DNA of 64,000 nucleotides from Mobula hypostoma (lineage: Eukaryota). The notes under the pieces were generated by a model. That model searched no databases, had not been told where the DNA came from, and worked only from the letters and a program-made list of their open reading frames with translations. Within the stretch, counting starts at the first letter, position 1, and every line of letters begins with the position of its first letter. The stretch spans positions 238,144,001 to 238,208,000 of the forward strand of contig NC_086097.1 of assembly GCF_963921235.1 (NCBI RefSeq). The letters run 5' to 3'. A program made the translations under genes and the position numbers. Of the stretch, positions 25,571 through 38,944 are shown one piece after another.

Positions 25571-25680
25571 GGGAGGGGGAGAAGAAGGGGGAGAAGGAGG
25601 GGGAGAAGGAGGGGGAGAAGGAGGGGGAGAAGGAGGGGGAGAAGGAGGGGGAGAAGGAGGGGGAGAAGGAGGGGGAGAGA
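25571..25680 (+). repeat. Polypurine tandem repeat, 12-bp unit GAAGGAGGGGGA, about 9 copies
   Basis: Directly visible; it explains the GRRR and SPSF repeat ORFs. Confidence 0.9.
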
Positions 25681-25859
25681 CTGCTGTATGTTGAACTGTC
25701 GGGTGAATGATTAGATTTTCTTTTACTCCAGATCATGGTCTTTCTTGGGGGCTTTGCTATTGCTTGCTTGGTGGGTGGAGAGTGCATTTCCTTGCTGATG
25801 TAAGTGTGGGAGGAGGAGGGTCATTGTTGTACTGCTGCTTGTGCGTGGGAGGGGGAGTA

Positions 25860-26338
25860 GAAACCATAGAAACCATAGGAAAACTACAGCACAGAAACAG
25901 GCCTTTTGGCCCTTCTTGGCTGTGCCGATCCATTTTCTGCCTAGTCCCACTGACCTGCAGACGGACCATATCCCTCCATACACCTCCCATCCATGTATCT
26001 GTCCAATTTATTCTTAAATGTTAAAAAAGAACCCGCATTTACCACCTCGTCTCGCAGCTCATTCCATACTCCCACCACTCTCTGTGTGAAGAAGCCCCCG
26101 CTAATGTTCCCTTTAAACTTTACCCCCCTCACCCTTGACCCATGTCCTCTGGGTTTTTTTCTCCCCTTGCCTCAATGGAAAATGCCTGCTTGCATTCACT
26201 CTATCTATATCCATCATAATTTTATATACCTCTATCAAATCTTCCCTCATTCTTCTACGCTCCAGGGAATAAAGTCCTAACCTATCCAACCTTTCTCTGT
26301 AACAGAGTTTCTCAAGTCCCGGCAACATCCTTGTAATA
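25860..26338 (-). mobile_element. CR1 LINE 3' end (young family)
   Basis: Close reverse complement of about 36270-36744; tail tagaaaccatagaaaccatag. Confidence 0.85.
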
Positions 26339-26339
26339 T

Positions 26340-26822
26340 CCATTTCAAACTTCCTCAACCATCTGAGGTGAAAGAGGCGCTGTTGTGCCTTTCTTGCCGC
26401 ACAGCTGGTGTGTACAGACCACGTGAGGTCCTCGGTGATGTGGATGCCGAGGAACTTGAAGCTGTTCACCCTCTCAACCCCAGATCCATTGATGTCAATA
26501 GGGGTTAGCCCATCTCCATTCCTCCTGTAATCCACAACCGGCTCCTTTGTTTTTGCGACATTGAAGGAGAGGTTTTCTTGACACCATTGTATTTCCTTGA
26601 CTTCTTCCCTGTAGGCCACCTTGTTATTATTTGAGATAAGGCCAATCAATGTAGTGTCGTCGGCATATTCAATTAGTGGATTGGAGCAGTGGTTGGCGAT
26701 ACAGTCATGGGTATACAGAACATAAAGGAGGGGACTCAGTACACAGTCCTGAGGAGCTCCTGTATTGAGTCAGCGGGTTGGATATGAGGGAGCCACTCTT
26801 ACAACCTGCTGGCAATCTGAAG
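26340..26822 (-). mobile_element. Rex1/Babar-type LINE RT fragment
   Basis: WCQENLSFNVAKTKEPVVDYRR...VERVNSFKFLGIHITEDLTWS...KAQQRLFHLR. Confidence 0.75.
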
Positions 26823-28254
26823 GTACATTAGTGGGTACATTTGGATAGGTACATGGAGAAAAGGAAGATGGAGGGATTATAGATATGGTGTAGGTAGGAG
26901 GGATTAGTGTTTGGATGTTTTTGATTTGTTTTTAGCTGGTTTGGCACAATGCTGTGGGATAAATGACCTGTTCCTGTGCTGTACTCTTCTATATTCTGTG
27001 TCTGTGTTCTAAGTGGAATCACCACCTTCAAGTATTTAAGATAATCAGGGCTTTCAAAAAGAATTTAGGTTCTTGATTAGCCAGGGCATCAAAGGGTATG
27101 GGGTGAAGGCAGGGGTGTGGAGATGACTGGAAGAATTGGATCAGCTCATGGTTGAATAGGAGAGCAGACTCAATGGGCCAAATGGCCTACATCTGCTCCT
27201 ATATCTTATGATCTAGTTGGAAGAATCAATGGCACTTAGAGTCATAGAACACTAACACAGAAAAGGGACCTCCATCCCATCTAGTCCATGTCGAACTACT
27301 AATCTGTCTAATTCCACCGACCTGCACCTGGACCATAGCGCTCCACACCACCCCAATCCAAATTTCTCTCAAATTGAACCTGCATGTACTACTTCCACTG
27401 GCAGCTAGTTCAACACTCTCACTGCCCTCTGAATAAATATGTTCTCATTCTCGTCCCCTTTAAACATTTTACCTTTCACCCTTAACCCATGCCTTCTCCT
27501 TCTAGCCTCACCTGACCTCAGTGGAAAAAGCTTGCTTCTTCTCCTCTGCTGTCAAATTTCTAAACAGTCCATGAACTCATGAACACTACCTCACTATTCG
27601 ACTTCTGCACTATTTAAGTTTTGGACTCTAACTGATAGTATTTTTTTTTGTCTTGCATTGTTCTGCTGCCACAAAAATAACAAATTTCACAAAGTATGTC
27701 TGATAATAAACCCGGGTCTGATACGGCCTCATTTATCTTTCGCACATCTCTGGCATTTAATTTGTCAGGTTAAATTTCGGGAACGGAATACCTTCTGTTA
27801 AACCAGTAGTGCTGAGCTCAAGAACACGGAAAGAGGACAGATGCCCACACTTTATAATTCCGAGCTTTGCATGCATTGATGTGGCAGTATGGACTGCACG
27901 TTTGTACATGCTGGATTAGCCAGTGCATTTGCACTGAATCATAGACTAGGTAACAATGTGAACCCAGCCAACTGAACATCACAGTGAACACGAGTCAACA
28001 ACAAGGAAACAGCACCATAACTTACAGATTTTGGATATGCAGCTAGTTCATACAAATTGCAAGCAAAGTTATCCGAAATAATTTCTTCTCTCAATGCTTT
28101 TGCCTATTTGGTCAACCACCTACATGAAAGAATAATTCTGTATAAAACATTCACCGTTATACCTTTTAATCAATAATAAATATAACATAATAATAAATAA
28201 TACTAGAAATAATTGAACATTCCTTCCAAATTACTTCTGTACTCCTTCTATGCC

Positions 28255-28770
28255 ACAAGACCATAAGATATAGGCGCATTTGAAAGGCCATTTGGCCCAC
28301 TGAATCTGCTCCATTTCATTATGGCGGATTCATTTTCCCTCTCATTCCCATCTCCTGCCTTCTCCCTATATCCTTTTATGCCCTGACTGATCAAGAGTTT
28401 ATCAACTTCAGCCTTAAATTTACCCAATGACCTGTCCTCCATTGCCAACTGTGGCAAAAATTCCACCGACTTACCACTCTATGGCTAAAGAAATCCCTCC
28501 TCAACTCCGTTCCAAGTGGACGTCCCTCTATTCTGAGGTTGTGTCCCCTGGTGTGAGACTCCCCCACCATAGGAACCATCCTCTCCAAATCTACTCTATC
28601 GAGACCTTTCAACATTCAGTAGGTTTCAATGAGGTGTCACCCCTCAGTCTTCTAAATAGCAGTGAATACAGGCCCAGAGCCATCAAACACTCTTCATACG
28701 ACAAGCCATTCAAACCTGCAATCATTCTTGTGAACCTCCTTTAAACCCTCTCCCACTTCAGCACAGCTTT
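28255..28770 (-). mobile_element. CR1 LINE 3' end
   Basis: MLKGLDRVDLERMVPMVGESHTRGHNLRIEGRP; tail agaccataagatatagg. Confidence 0.8.
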
Positions 28771-28824
28771 TTACTCCATCATTTTGCCCATTCCAATTGA
28801 AGGCACTTAAAAATTAAAGAGATT

Positions 28825-29460
28825 ACAAACATGAGAAAATCTGTAGGTGCTGGAAATCCAAGGCAAAACAAACAAAATGCTGGGGGATATCAGCAGGTCA
28901 GGCAGAATCTAGAGAAAATAATAAACAGTCGACGCTTCGGGCCAAGACTCTTCATTAGGACTGGAAAAAAAGATGAGAAGTCAGAATAAGAAGGTGAGGG
29001 AGGGTGGAAGCAGTACAAAATGGTAGGTGATATGGGAAACCAGGAGAAGGGGAGGGGGTTGAAGGAAAGAGCTGGAAAGTCAATTGGTGAAAGAGATAAT
29101 GTGCTGAAAGAGGGGGAAATCTGATAGTAGAGGGTAGGAGGACATGGAAGAAAAGGAAGAAGGAAGAAGGAAGAGTGCCAGAGAGGGTCGATAGGCAGGT
29201 AAAATAAAAGGTGAGGAAGGGGGTCAAGGGAAGGGCAATTACTGGAAATTCATGAAATCAATGTTCATGCTATCAGGTTGGAGGCTACCCAGACAGAATA
29301 TAAGGTGCTGCTCCTCTGACCTGAATGTGGCCTCATTGCAGCAGTAGAGGAGGCTATGGACTGTCATGTCAGAATGGGAATGGGAAGTAGAATTGAAATG
29401 GGTTGCTACCGGGAGATCCCACTTTCTCTGCTGGACGGAGCGTAGGTGCTCGAGGAAGCG
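28825..29460 (-). mobile_element. PLE 3' fragment
   Basis: Minus ORF FLEHLRSVQQRKWDLPVATHFNSTSHSHSDM...EEQHLIFCLGSLQP, homologous to 6400-6560; degenerate hammerhead at about 28927-28962. Confidence 0.8.
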
Positions 29461-31189
29461 CCTACCACTTTGGAATTCTTCCTCCCCTCCCCCTACCTTA
29501 TTATACTGACCTCGTGATTTTTCCATTATAGAGAGTAGCTTTGTTTGTCACATATACATCGAAAGATTCAGCAAAATGCAGCGTGACCAACACAGTCTGA
29601 GGTGTGTGGGGGTACAGATCACTAGTGTTACTGTACTTCTGACGTCAACAGAGTACACCCACAATTTACTAAACCTGATCTGTTCACTTTGTAATGTCCG
29701 AGCACCCAGCCGAAACCCACGTGGTCATGGGGAGAACGTACAAAACTCCTTACGGACAGCCACGGGAATTGAACCCTGATCTTCTGATCGTTGGCATTGT
29801 TAAGCGTAATGTTAACTGTTATGTTAATGCACCACCCATGTGTGTTTATCATCGTTTTCCCTCAACCTCTGAGTAAAATTATTCGTTCACAATAATTCGA
29901 TGGATGGAGTTCAACTTGGAAAAGTGTGAAGTGATTCACATTGGATGGTCAATTTTGAAGGGAGAATACAGAACTTCTGGTAAGATGGCAGTGCGTGCAA
30001 ACACAGCGGCCTCTCAGGGCAAACCAAAGGTGCTTTTTACTTTGTAAAGTTATTTCTTTCTGATCTAGAGACAATTCTACTCTGAGAACTTTGGATACTG
30101 CAGGGCTACTCCATCAGTGAGCTGCTTGCTGATTGAAGTAGCTGGACTGCTGTCAGTGGCAGAGCCAGCCGACGTGTTGGAGGAGCCCATTGGGATATCA
30201 GAAGCACTCATTGGATATCAGAGGAGCTTGCCAGTGCGTCAGAGAAGCCGGCTTGGGTTTAGAGGAGCTGATGTGGCTGCAGTCCGCATTGCTGCCCGCT
30301 ACTCGGAAGCATCGAAGTTGGTGCAGTACAACTGTGGGAGATTGTCTCGGACATTTCACTTGCGATTGCAAGACTCTGTTGGACAGTGATAGCATAAGTT
30401 GCCGCAGGTCTGTTACCCTTGTCTGGTGGAGGGACAGTTGACATGGGAGCTACATAGCTTCAGTTGTAGTGAGAACGAGGCCTCAGACCTTGGGCTTGCC
30501 TGCTGCTGCAGATCAGGTGAGAGATGTGGAAGTGCTACGACATGGTTGAGCTCAGCTGGGGCCTGGGCTCGCCCGTCCGTGCTACCCTCCCATGTTCAAG
30601 TGGTGGAATAGCAGGTTGGATTACCTGCATCTGTACACAACTGGGAGACTACCATCAATTGCTGAACATTGTCGCTCAGGATCTTAGACTATATACTGTA
30701 TATTATTTTTTTTGAGTGAATATGCTTCTTCGCTCGATATCTTGAATGATGTTATTCGCTATTTTTGGAAGTTTGCTAGCTATTTTGAAAGTCTTGCCTT
30801 TGGCCCCAGAGGATCATAGTTTTGTTCAGCTGTATCTATGTATGGTTTGAAAGATAATTAAACTTGATATGATTTGATTTGATTTTGATTAATAGTGGGC
30901 ATCTTCGTAGTGTGGAAGAACAGAGGGATATTGGAGACCACATCATAATTTTAATGTGATTGGAGGAAACTGTAGGGGGATGTCAGAGGTAAGTCATTTT
31001 TGACACAGTGTGGGGGGTGTCAATGGTGGAAGTAGAGGCAAATACATTAGGGACATTTAACAAACTCTTAGATCTGCACATGGATGATGGAAAAGGGTAG
31101 GAGGGAAGGGTTAGATTGATCTTTGAATAGCTTAAAAGGTACGCACAAGATCGTAAGCTGAAAGGCCTTTATTTTCAAAGAACCTATAA

Positions 31190-32000
31190 ACAACCCTGAG
31201 ATTCATTTTCTTGCAGGCATATTAAATTAATTCAATAATCATAACATAATCAATGAAAAATTGAAGCAACGTGGCTATTCAACCAGAGTGCAGAAGAAAA
31301 AAAAACTGTTAAAACAAAAAGAAAGAAATAATAATAGTAATGAGTAAATATCAAGAACATGGGATAGAGAGTTCTTAAAAGTGAGCCCATAGGTTGCAGG
31401 GACAGTTCAGTGATGGAGCAAGTGAAGTTGAGAGAAGTTATCCCCTTTGGTTCAGGAGCCTGATGGCTGAGGGGTAGTAACTGTTCCTGAACCAGGTGCT
31501 GTGAGTTCTGAGTTTCCTGTACCTTCTTCCTTTTGGCAGCAGCAAGAAGAGATCACAGCCTGGGTGGTGGGGCTGCTGACGATGGATGTTGCTCTTCTGC
31601 AGCAGTGTTTAATGTAGGTATGTTGAATAGTGGGAAAGGATTTGCCAGTGATGGACTGGGCTATATCCACTACTTTTTGGAGGATTTTCCATCAAGGGCA
31701 TTGGTGTTTCCATACCAGGATGTGTGATTCAGCCAGTCTACATACTCTTCACCACATATCTAGAGACGTTAACTAAAGTTTCAGATGTCATGCCAAATTT
31801 GTACAAACTTTTAAGGAAGTAGAGGTACTGCTGTGCTTTCTTTGTAATTGCGCTTATGATCCTGGCAGAGGACAGGTCCTCTGAAATGATAACACCAAGG
31901 AATTTAAAGTTACTGATCTTTTCCACGTCCGATTTCCCACCATGTGTACTGGCTCATGGACCCCTGGTTTCCTCCTGAAGTCAATAAACAATTCCTTGTT
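31190..32000 (-). mobile_element. Rex/Babar-type LINE 3' fragment
   Basis: NFKFLGVIISEDLS..ITKKAQQYLYFLKSLYKFGM, followed by Rex-like C-terminal and 3' UTR sequence. Confidence 0.6.
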
Positions 32001-33422
32001 TCTTGTTCTATTATATAATAGTCATAAAGATACCAGCTTACTCACAAGCAGTTAAAACCTTCAGCTATTGTCAGCAATATCCTTCTCCTACAAACGGTGC
32101 ACAACGACAGCCTTTCTAGTTGGGAGAATACAGAAAGCACCGACTTTTTGTGAACCTCAAGTAATTTTAAATTGTTCACATCACAGGAAGCAATTAGAAA
32201 GTGAAATCTTGATCCATCAGGAGCGACTATACATTTAATGACATACTAAGTCATAATTACTGTTGAACAATCTCTCCAGTCTTAAAAACTCATTTCTCAG
32301 CTTCGAGTTTCATTTCCTTGGAAAATCAGTGAGCCATGGAAGACTACTTCACAAAATGTAACGTTTTGTTTAATAATGCATATTTTGATGTACTCGTTGC
32401 ACCCTTAATCCACTTAATTCCCTATTTTTGTCTTCTCCTGTGCACAGTAATTTAATTGTTGTTTGTATCTCTGTTGTACTTCCCTTTCTGCTGACTGGGT
32501 TGTCAGCCTGTCTGCAGTCTGCCCTGCTCACAGGTGCTCCAAAACTTGAGCAGGCAGAATATTGAAAGCAATGCATTAGACAGAAAGCCAACACTTGTAA
32601 CAGTGTGCCAAGCCAGGAAAAGTTTGTGTGCCTCCTTTTCAGCTCGGTAAAACATGCTGGTCCTATACCAGAGATGGCTAAATTCCAATGTTGTTTCTTT
32701 TTTCATGTACTTAAGCAAGATTAGCTTTATTTGTCACATGTACGTCAAGACACATGGTGAAATACATCCTTTTACATTCATGACCAACACAGTCCAAGGA
32801 TTGCGCTGTGGGAAACCTGCAAGTCTTGCCACACTTCTGGCATCAAAATAGCACAGAAGGTGAGAATTGTTAAGTAGGCCACTGGAAAATGAGGCTGGTG
32901 AGGTAGTAATGGGGCAAAGAAATGGCAGATGAACTTAATAAGTACTTTACTTCAGCCTTTAATGTGGAAGACACTGGTTGTATGCCAGAGGTCCATGCGT
33001 GTCAGGAAGCAGGGGTGAGTGTCATTGCTATTACAAAGGAAAAATTGCTAGGCACACTGAAAGGGCTTAAGGTGGATAAGTCACCTGGACTAGATGGACT
33101 ACATCCTACAGTCTGGACAGAGGATACTGAAGGGGTAATGGATGCATTGGTCATGGTCTGTCAAGAATCACTTGATTCTGGCATGATCTCGGACAACTGG
33201 AAAATTGCAAATGTCACTCCATTCTTAAGAAGGAACAAAGACAAAAGAGAGGAAACTATAGGTCAGTTTGCCAAATCTCAGTGGTTGGGAAAGTGTTGGA
33301 GTCTATTATTAAGGATGAGTTTTCTGGCTACTTGGAGACTAATGATAAAATAGGTCAAAGTCAGCATGGTTCCTTTGAAGGGAAGTCTTGCCTGACAAAT
33401 CTGTTAGAATTCTTCGAGGAAG

Positions 33423-36400
33423 AATTACAAGGGGGCCAATATCCTTGCAGGGAGGTTTGTTAGTGCTGTGTTTGGGGAGGGTTTAAACTAGATTTGCAGG
33501 GGAATGAGAACCAGAGTGCCAGAGCAGATAGTGGAGTGGGGGTGAAAATAAATGATGTTAAAAGTTCATGCAAAGTCACAAATAGAAAGGTTGTGTGTGG
33601 TGGTAATAATCTTCTGAGGTGTGTCTATTTCACTGCAAGGAGTATTGTGGGGAAGGCTGACGAGCTGAGGGCGTGGATTGACACATGGAATTACGACATT
33701 ATAGCCATTAGTGAAACTTGGCTACAGGAGGGGCAGGACTGGCAGCTTCATGTTCCAGGGTTCCGATGTTTCAGACATGATAGAGGCAGAGGAATGAAGG
33801 GTGGGCGGGGGGGGGGAGGGTGATGGCATTACTAGTGAGGAAAAATGTTACAGCATTGCTCAGGCAGGACAGATTAGAGGACTTGTTTACCAAGGCCATA
33901 TGGGTAGAGATGAGAAACAGGAAAGGTATGACCACATTGATGGGGTTGTATTATAGACCACCCAATAGTCAGTGAGAATTGGAGGAGCAAATCTGCAGAG
34001 AGATAGCAGACAACTGCAGGAAACATAAAGTTGTGATAGTAGGGGATTTTAATTTTCCACATATTGATTGGGATTCCCATACTGTTAAAGGTCTAGACGG
34101 GTTAGAGTTTGTAAAATGTGTTCAGGAAAGTTTTCAAAATCAATATGTAGAGGTACCAACCAGAGAGGATGCAATATTAGATCTCCTATTAGGAAAGGAG
34201 TTAGGACAGGTGATGGAAGTGTGTGTAGGGGAGCACTTTGGTTCCAGTGATCATAACACCATTAGTTTCAACTTGATCATGGATAAAGTTAGATTAGGTT
34301 GAGCTTCTAAACTGGAAAAAGGTCAAATTTGAAGAAATTGGAAATGATCTAAAAAGCATGGATCAAGACAGGTTGTTCTCTGGCAAGGATGTGATTGGTA
34401 AGTGGAAAGCCTTCAAAGGAGAAATTTTGAGAGTGCAGAGTTTGTATGTTCCTGTCAGGATTAAAGGCAAAGTGATAAGAATAAGGAACCTTGGTTCTCA
34501 AGGGATATTGCAACTCTGATAAAGAAGAAGAGAAAGATGTATGACATGCATAGGAAACAGGGAGCAAATAAGGTGCTTGAGTATAAAAAGTGCAAAAAAT
34601 ACTTAAGAAAGAAATCAGGAGGGCTAAAAGAAGACATGAGATTGCTTTGTCAGTGAAGGTGAAGGATAATCCAAAGAGCTTCTACAGGTATATTAAGAGC
34701 AAAAGGATAGTAAGGGATAAAATTGGTCCTCTTGAAGATCAGAGTGGTCAGCTATGTATGGAACCAAAAGAAATGGGGGAGATCTTAAATGGGTTTTTTG
34801 CATCTGTATTTACTAAGGAAACTGGTATGGAGTCAATGGAAATAAGGCAAACAAGTAGTGAGGTCATGGAACCTATACAGATTGAGGAGGAGGAGGTGCT
34901 TGCTATCTTGAGGCAAATCAGAGTAGATAAATCCCCAGGACCTGATAGGGTTTTCCCTCGGACCTTGAAGGAGACTAGTGTTGAAATTGCAGGGGCCCTG
35001 GCAGAAATATTTAAAATGTCAGTATCTGCAGGTGAGATGCTGGAGGATTGGAGGATAGCTCATGTTGTTCTCTTGTTTAAAAAAAAGGCTTTAAAAGTAA
35101 TCCAGGAAATTATAGGACGATAAGTTTGATGTCGGTAGTAAGTAAATTATTGGAAGGAGTACTAAGAGATAGGATCTACAAGTATTTGGATAGACAGGGC
35201 CTTATTAGGGAGAGTCAACATGGTTTTGTGCGTGGTAGGTCATGTTTAACAAATCTATTAGAGTTTTTCGAGGAGGTTACCAGGAAAGTGGATGAAGGGA
35301 AGGCAGTGGATGTTGTCTACATGGACTTCAGTAAGGCCTTTGACAAGGTCCCGCATGGGAGGTTAGTTAGGAAAATTCAGTCGCTAGGTATACATGGAGA
35401 AGTGGTAAATTGGATTAGACATTGGCTCAATGGAAGAAGCCAAAGAGTGGTGGTAGAGAATTGCTTCTCTGAGTGGAGGCCTGTGACTAGTGGTGTGCCA
35501 CAGGGATCAGTGCTGGGTCCATTGTTATTTGTCATCTATATCAATGATCTGGATGATAATGTGGTAAATTGGATCAGCAAATTTGCTGATGATACAAAGA
35601 CTGGAGGAGTAGTGGACAGTGAGGAGGGTTTTCAAAGCTTGCAAAGGGATTTGGACGAGCTGGAAAAATGGGCTGAAAAACAGCAGATGGAGTTTAATAC
35701 AGACAAGTGTGAGGTTGTGGTAAACCATATCTATATCTGTTGCAACTGGGTTACCTGTCTGGACATGCCCCTCTGCTGACTACTCCCGTGGCTCCTCCCA
35801 CAGACCCCTGAATAAACGCAATTGTGCCACTGCTCCTCCTTTCAGTTCAGGGCAGATACTCAGTAGGGACGAGACCCATTTTACTGTTAATAAAAGCCTT
35901 TCAGTATTTACTCTACTTCCAGTCTTTTGGAGTAATTGATAGTGCATCAGAGGTGTTGCACTTTGGAAGGACAAACCAAGGTAGAACATACGAGGTAAAT
36001 GGTAGGGCACTGAGGAGTGCAGTAGAACAGAGGGATCTGGGAATACAGATACAAAATTCCCTAAAAGTGGTGTCACAGGTAGATAGGGTTGTAAAGAGAG
36101 CTTTTGGTACATTGGCCTTTATAAATCAAAGTATTGAGTATAAAAGTTGTAATGTTATGGTAAGGTTGTATAAGGCATTGGTGAGGCCGAACTTGGAGTA
36201 TCGTGTGCAGTTTTGGTCACCAAATTACAGGAAGGGTATTAATAAGGTTGAAAGAGTGCAGACAACGTTTACAAGGATGTTGCTGGAACTTGAGAAACTG
36301 AGTTACAGAGAAGGGTTGAATAGGTTAGGACTTTATTCCCTGGAGCGTAGAAGAATGAGGGGAGATTTGATAGAGGTATATAAGATTATGATGGGTATAG

Positions 36401-36744
36401 ATAGAGTGAATGCAAGCAGGCTTTGTCCACTGAGGCTAGGGGAGAAAAAAAAACAGAGGTCATGGGTTAAGGGTGAAGGGGGAAAAGTTTAAAGGGAACA
36501 TGGGGGGGGGCTTCTTCACACAGAGAGTGGTGGGAGTGTGGAATGAGCTGCCAGATGAAGTGGTAAATGCTGGTTCGCTTTTAACATTTAAGAAAAACTT
36601 GGACAGGTACATGGATGAGAGGTATATGGAGGGATATGGTCCAGGTGTAGGTCAGTGAGACCAGGCAGAAAAATGGTTTGGCACAGCCAAGAAGAGCTAA
36701 AAGGCCTGTTTATGTGCTGTAATGTTCTATGGTTCTATGGTTCT
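33423..36744 (+). mobile_element. Younger CR1 LINE (end of ORF1, APE endonuclease, RT, 3' UTR), itself interrupted by a solo LTR
   Basis: CVYFTARSIVGK..YDIIAISETWL, VIVGDFNFPHIDW, SSDHN, YMDFSKAFDKVPH, VPQGSVLGP and KFADDTK; tail (TTCTATGG)n ending about 36744. Confidence 0.92.
35716..35949 (+). mobile_element. Solo LTR (234 bp) inserted in CR1 ORF2
   Basis: TG...CA termini (TGTGGTAAACC...GTGCATCA), perfect 5-bp TSD GAGGT (35711-35715 and 35950-35954) and internal AATAAA. Removing it restores CR1 KCEVLHFG. Confidence 0.88.
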
Positions 36745-38314
36745 AAGTAACAAGTAGGGTGGACAAAGGAGAAGCAGTAGATGCCATTTACTTAGATTTT
36801 CAGAAGTCATTTGATAGGGTGCCTCACATGAGGCTGCTTAACAAGATAAAATCCTATGGTGATATAGGCATGGATCGAGGAATGGCTAACAGGCAGGAGG
36901 CAGTGAGTGGGAATAAAGGGGGCCTTTTCTGGTTGGCTTCCAGAGACTACTGACTCCTGAGGAACACTATTGGGACTGCTACTTTTCACATTGTCAATGA
37001 CTTAGATAGTGGAATTGATGGCTTTGTGGCAAATTTTGCAGATGATATGAAGATTGGTGGAAGGGTTGGTTGTGCTGAGGAAGCAATGCAATTGCAGTAG
37101 AACTTAGACAAATTTGAAGAATGGGGAAGAATGGGGAAGAAAGTGAAGATGGAATGCAGTGTTGGGAAATGTATGATAATGCATTTTGATAAAAGGAACA
37201 CGAGTGCAAACTATTATCTAAATGAGGAGAAATTTCAGAGGTGAAAAGGGACTTAGGAATCCTCGTGCAAGACTCCCAGAAGATTAATTCACAGGTTCAG
37301 TTTGTGGTAAAGAAGTCAAATGCAATGTTAGCATTTATTTCAAGGGGGAAAGAATATAAAAACAAGGAGAAAATGCTGAAGCTTTATAAGACATTAGTCG
37401 GGCCGCGCTTGGAGTATTGTCAACAGTTTGGGCCTGTTATCTCAGAAAGGATGTATTGTCATTGGAGAGAGTCTAGAGGAGTCTCACAAGGGTGATTCCA
37501 GAAATGAAGGGGTTAACACATGAGTAACGTTTGGCAGCTTTGGGCCTGTACTCACTGGAATGTTGAAGAATACGTAGGGATCTCATTGAAACCTACCAAA
37601 TGTTGAAAGGACTAGATAGGGTGGATGTTGAGCAGATGTTTCCTCTGGTGGGGGTATCCAGAACTAGAGGGCACAGCCTCAAAACTGAGGGATGATCTTT
37701 TAGAACAGAGGTAAGGAGCAATTTTTTTTTTTAGCCAAAGAGTGCTGAATCTGTGGAATGCTCTGCCACGATTGTGGAGGCCAAGTTCGTGGGTATAGTC
37801 AAAGCGAAAGTTGATAGATTCTTGATTGGCTGGGGCATCAAGGGATATGGTCAGAGGGCAAGTGTATGAGGTTGAATGGGATCTGGGTTCAGCCATGATG
37901 AAACGATGGAGTGGACTTGATGGGCTGAATGGCCTAATTCTGCTCCTATGTCTTATGGTCTTATAGCATGCACACAACTCACTACCCTTATCCAAAATGT
38001 AAATCTTTGTAATATAGGAGGAAACTGAAGCACCTGGAGGAAATCCACATGATTACAGGGAGACCGTGCAAATTCCTTACAAACAGCAGTGGGGACTGAC
38101 AGCCACTCGGTGATCACTTACGCTGTGAAGTGATTGTTAACTGCCAAGCTACTGTGTTACCTGTGAACACTTAATAATGAGGTTATAGTCAATTTTATTG
38201 CTCAGATATGACACAAATCAAGATTGAAAGCAAGACCTAATAATATAAAATCGAGCAATGACCCTGCCTCTTCAAATAAGATTAAGGTTAGATCAGCTAC
38301 GTTTGTCACATGTA

Positions 38315-38930
38315 CGGGGGATGATTGATAAGTTCGTGGACTAAGGTAGAAGGAATCAATTTTAGAAAACCTAGGACATTTATCTTTCAACATAGTCCCC
38401 TCCTACATGTACACACTTAGTCCAGTGGTGGTGGAACATACGGATCCCTTCTTTGTAGAAGTGGTCCCCAGCAGGGGTGATTGATAAGTTTGTGGCCTAA
38501 TGTAGAAGGAGATAAGTTATTAACTTCAAACTTTCTGCATTATCACTCAAAGAGTTGAACTGCACGCGCACGTAATGAGAGCGTCTTGGACCTCCAGGTG
38601 GTCCACAGCAGGAGTGATTGATAAGTTTGTGGCCTTAGGTAGAAGGAGATGGTCTATACAGCTCTTGTTACATGCAATTCGACATGCAGTGAAAATGCAG
38701 AAAGTTTGAAGTTAATAACTTGTCTCCTTCTATCTTAGGCCACAAACTCATCAATCACCCCTGCTGTGGGCCACTTTCTGGAGGTCCAAGATGCCGACTT
38801 CTACAAAGGAGGGATCTGTATGCTCCACGACCGCTGGACTAAGTGTGCAAATGTAGGAAAAATAAATGTGCTAGGTTTTCTAAAATTGACTCCTTCTACC
38901 TTAAGCCACGAACTTATCAATCACCCCTCG
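38315..38930. mobile_element. Mariner-derived palindromic MITE
   Basis: TA flanks (38313-38314 and 38931-38932); TIR CGRGGGRTGATTGATAAGTTCGTGG..TAAGGTAGAAGGA; mariner transposase C-terminal remnant FYKGGICMLHDRWTKC. Confidence 0.85.
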
Positions 38931-38944
38931 TATATCAAAATGAC

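Larger units (their letters stand above)
32860..37965 (+). mobile_element. Host CR1 LINE (32860-33422 plus 36745-37965) split by a younger CR1
   Basis: ...CLTNLLEFFEE | VTSRVDKGEAVDAIYLDFQKSFD joins seamlessly across the insertion; 3' UTR ends tcttatggtcttata at about 37965. Confidence 0.85.

Noticed and set aside
25394..25787. Arg/Gly-rich (protamine-like) and Ser/Pro-rich ORFs
   Set aside because: Translations of the 12-bp purine tandem repeat.
32370..32718. Cys-containing minus-strand ORFs as the missing CSMD3 Sushi exon
   Set aside because: No Sushi consensus (CGNPG...YSC...C...W...PIC) in the frames I examined.
34590..36492. Long ORFs as an active LINE ORF2
   Set aside because: 5'-truncated, frameshifted, contains stops and is interrupted by a solo LTR.
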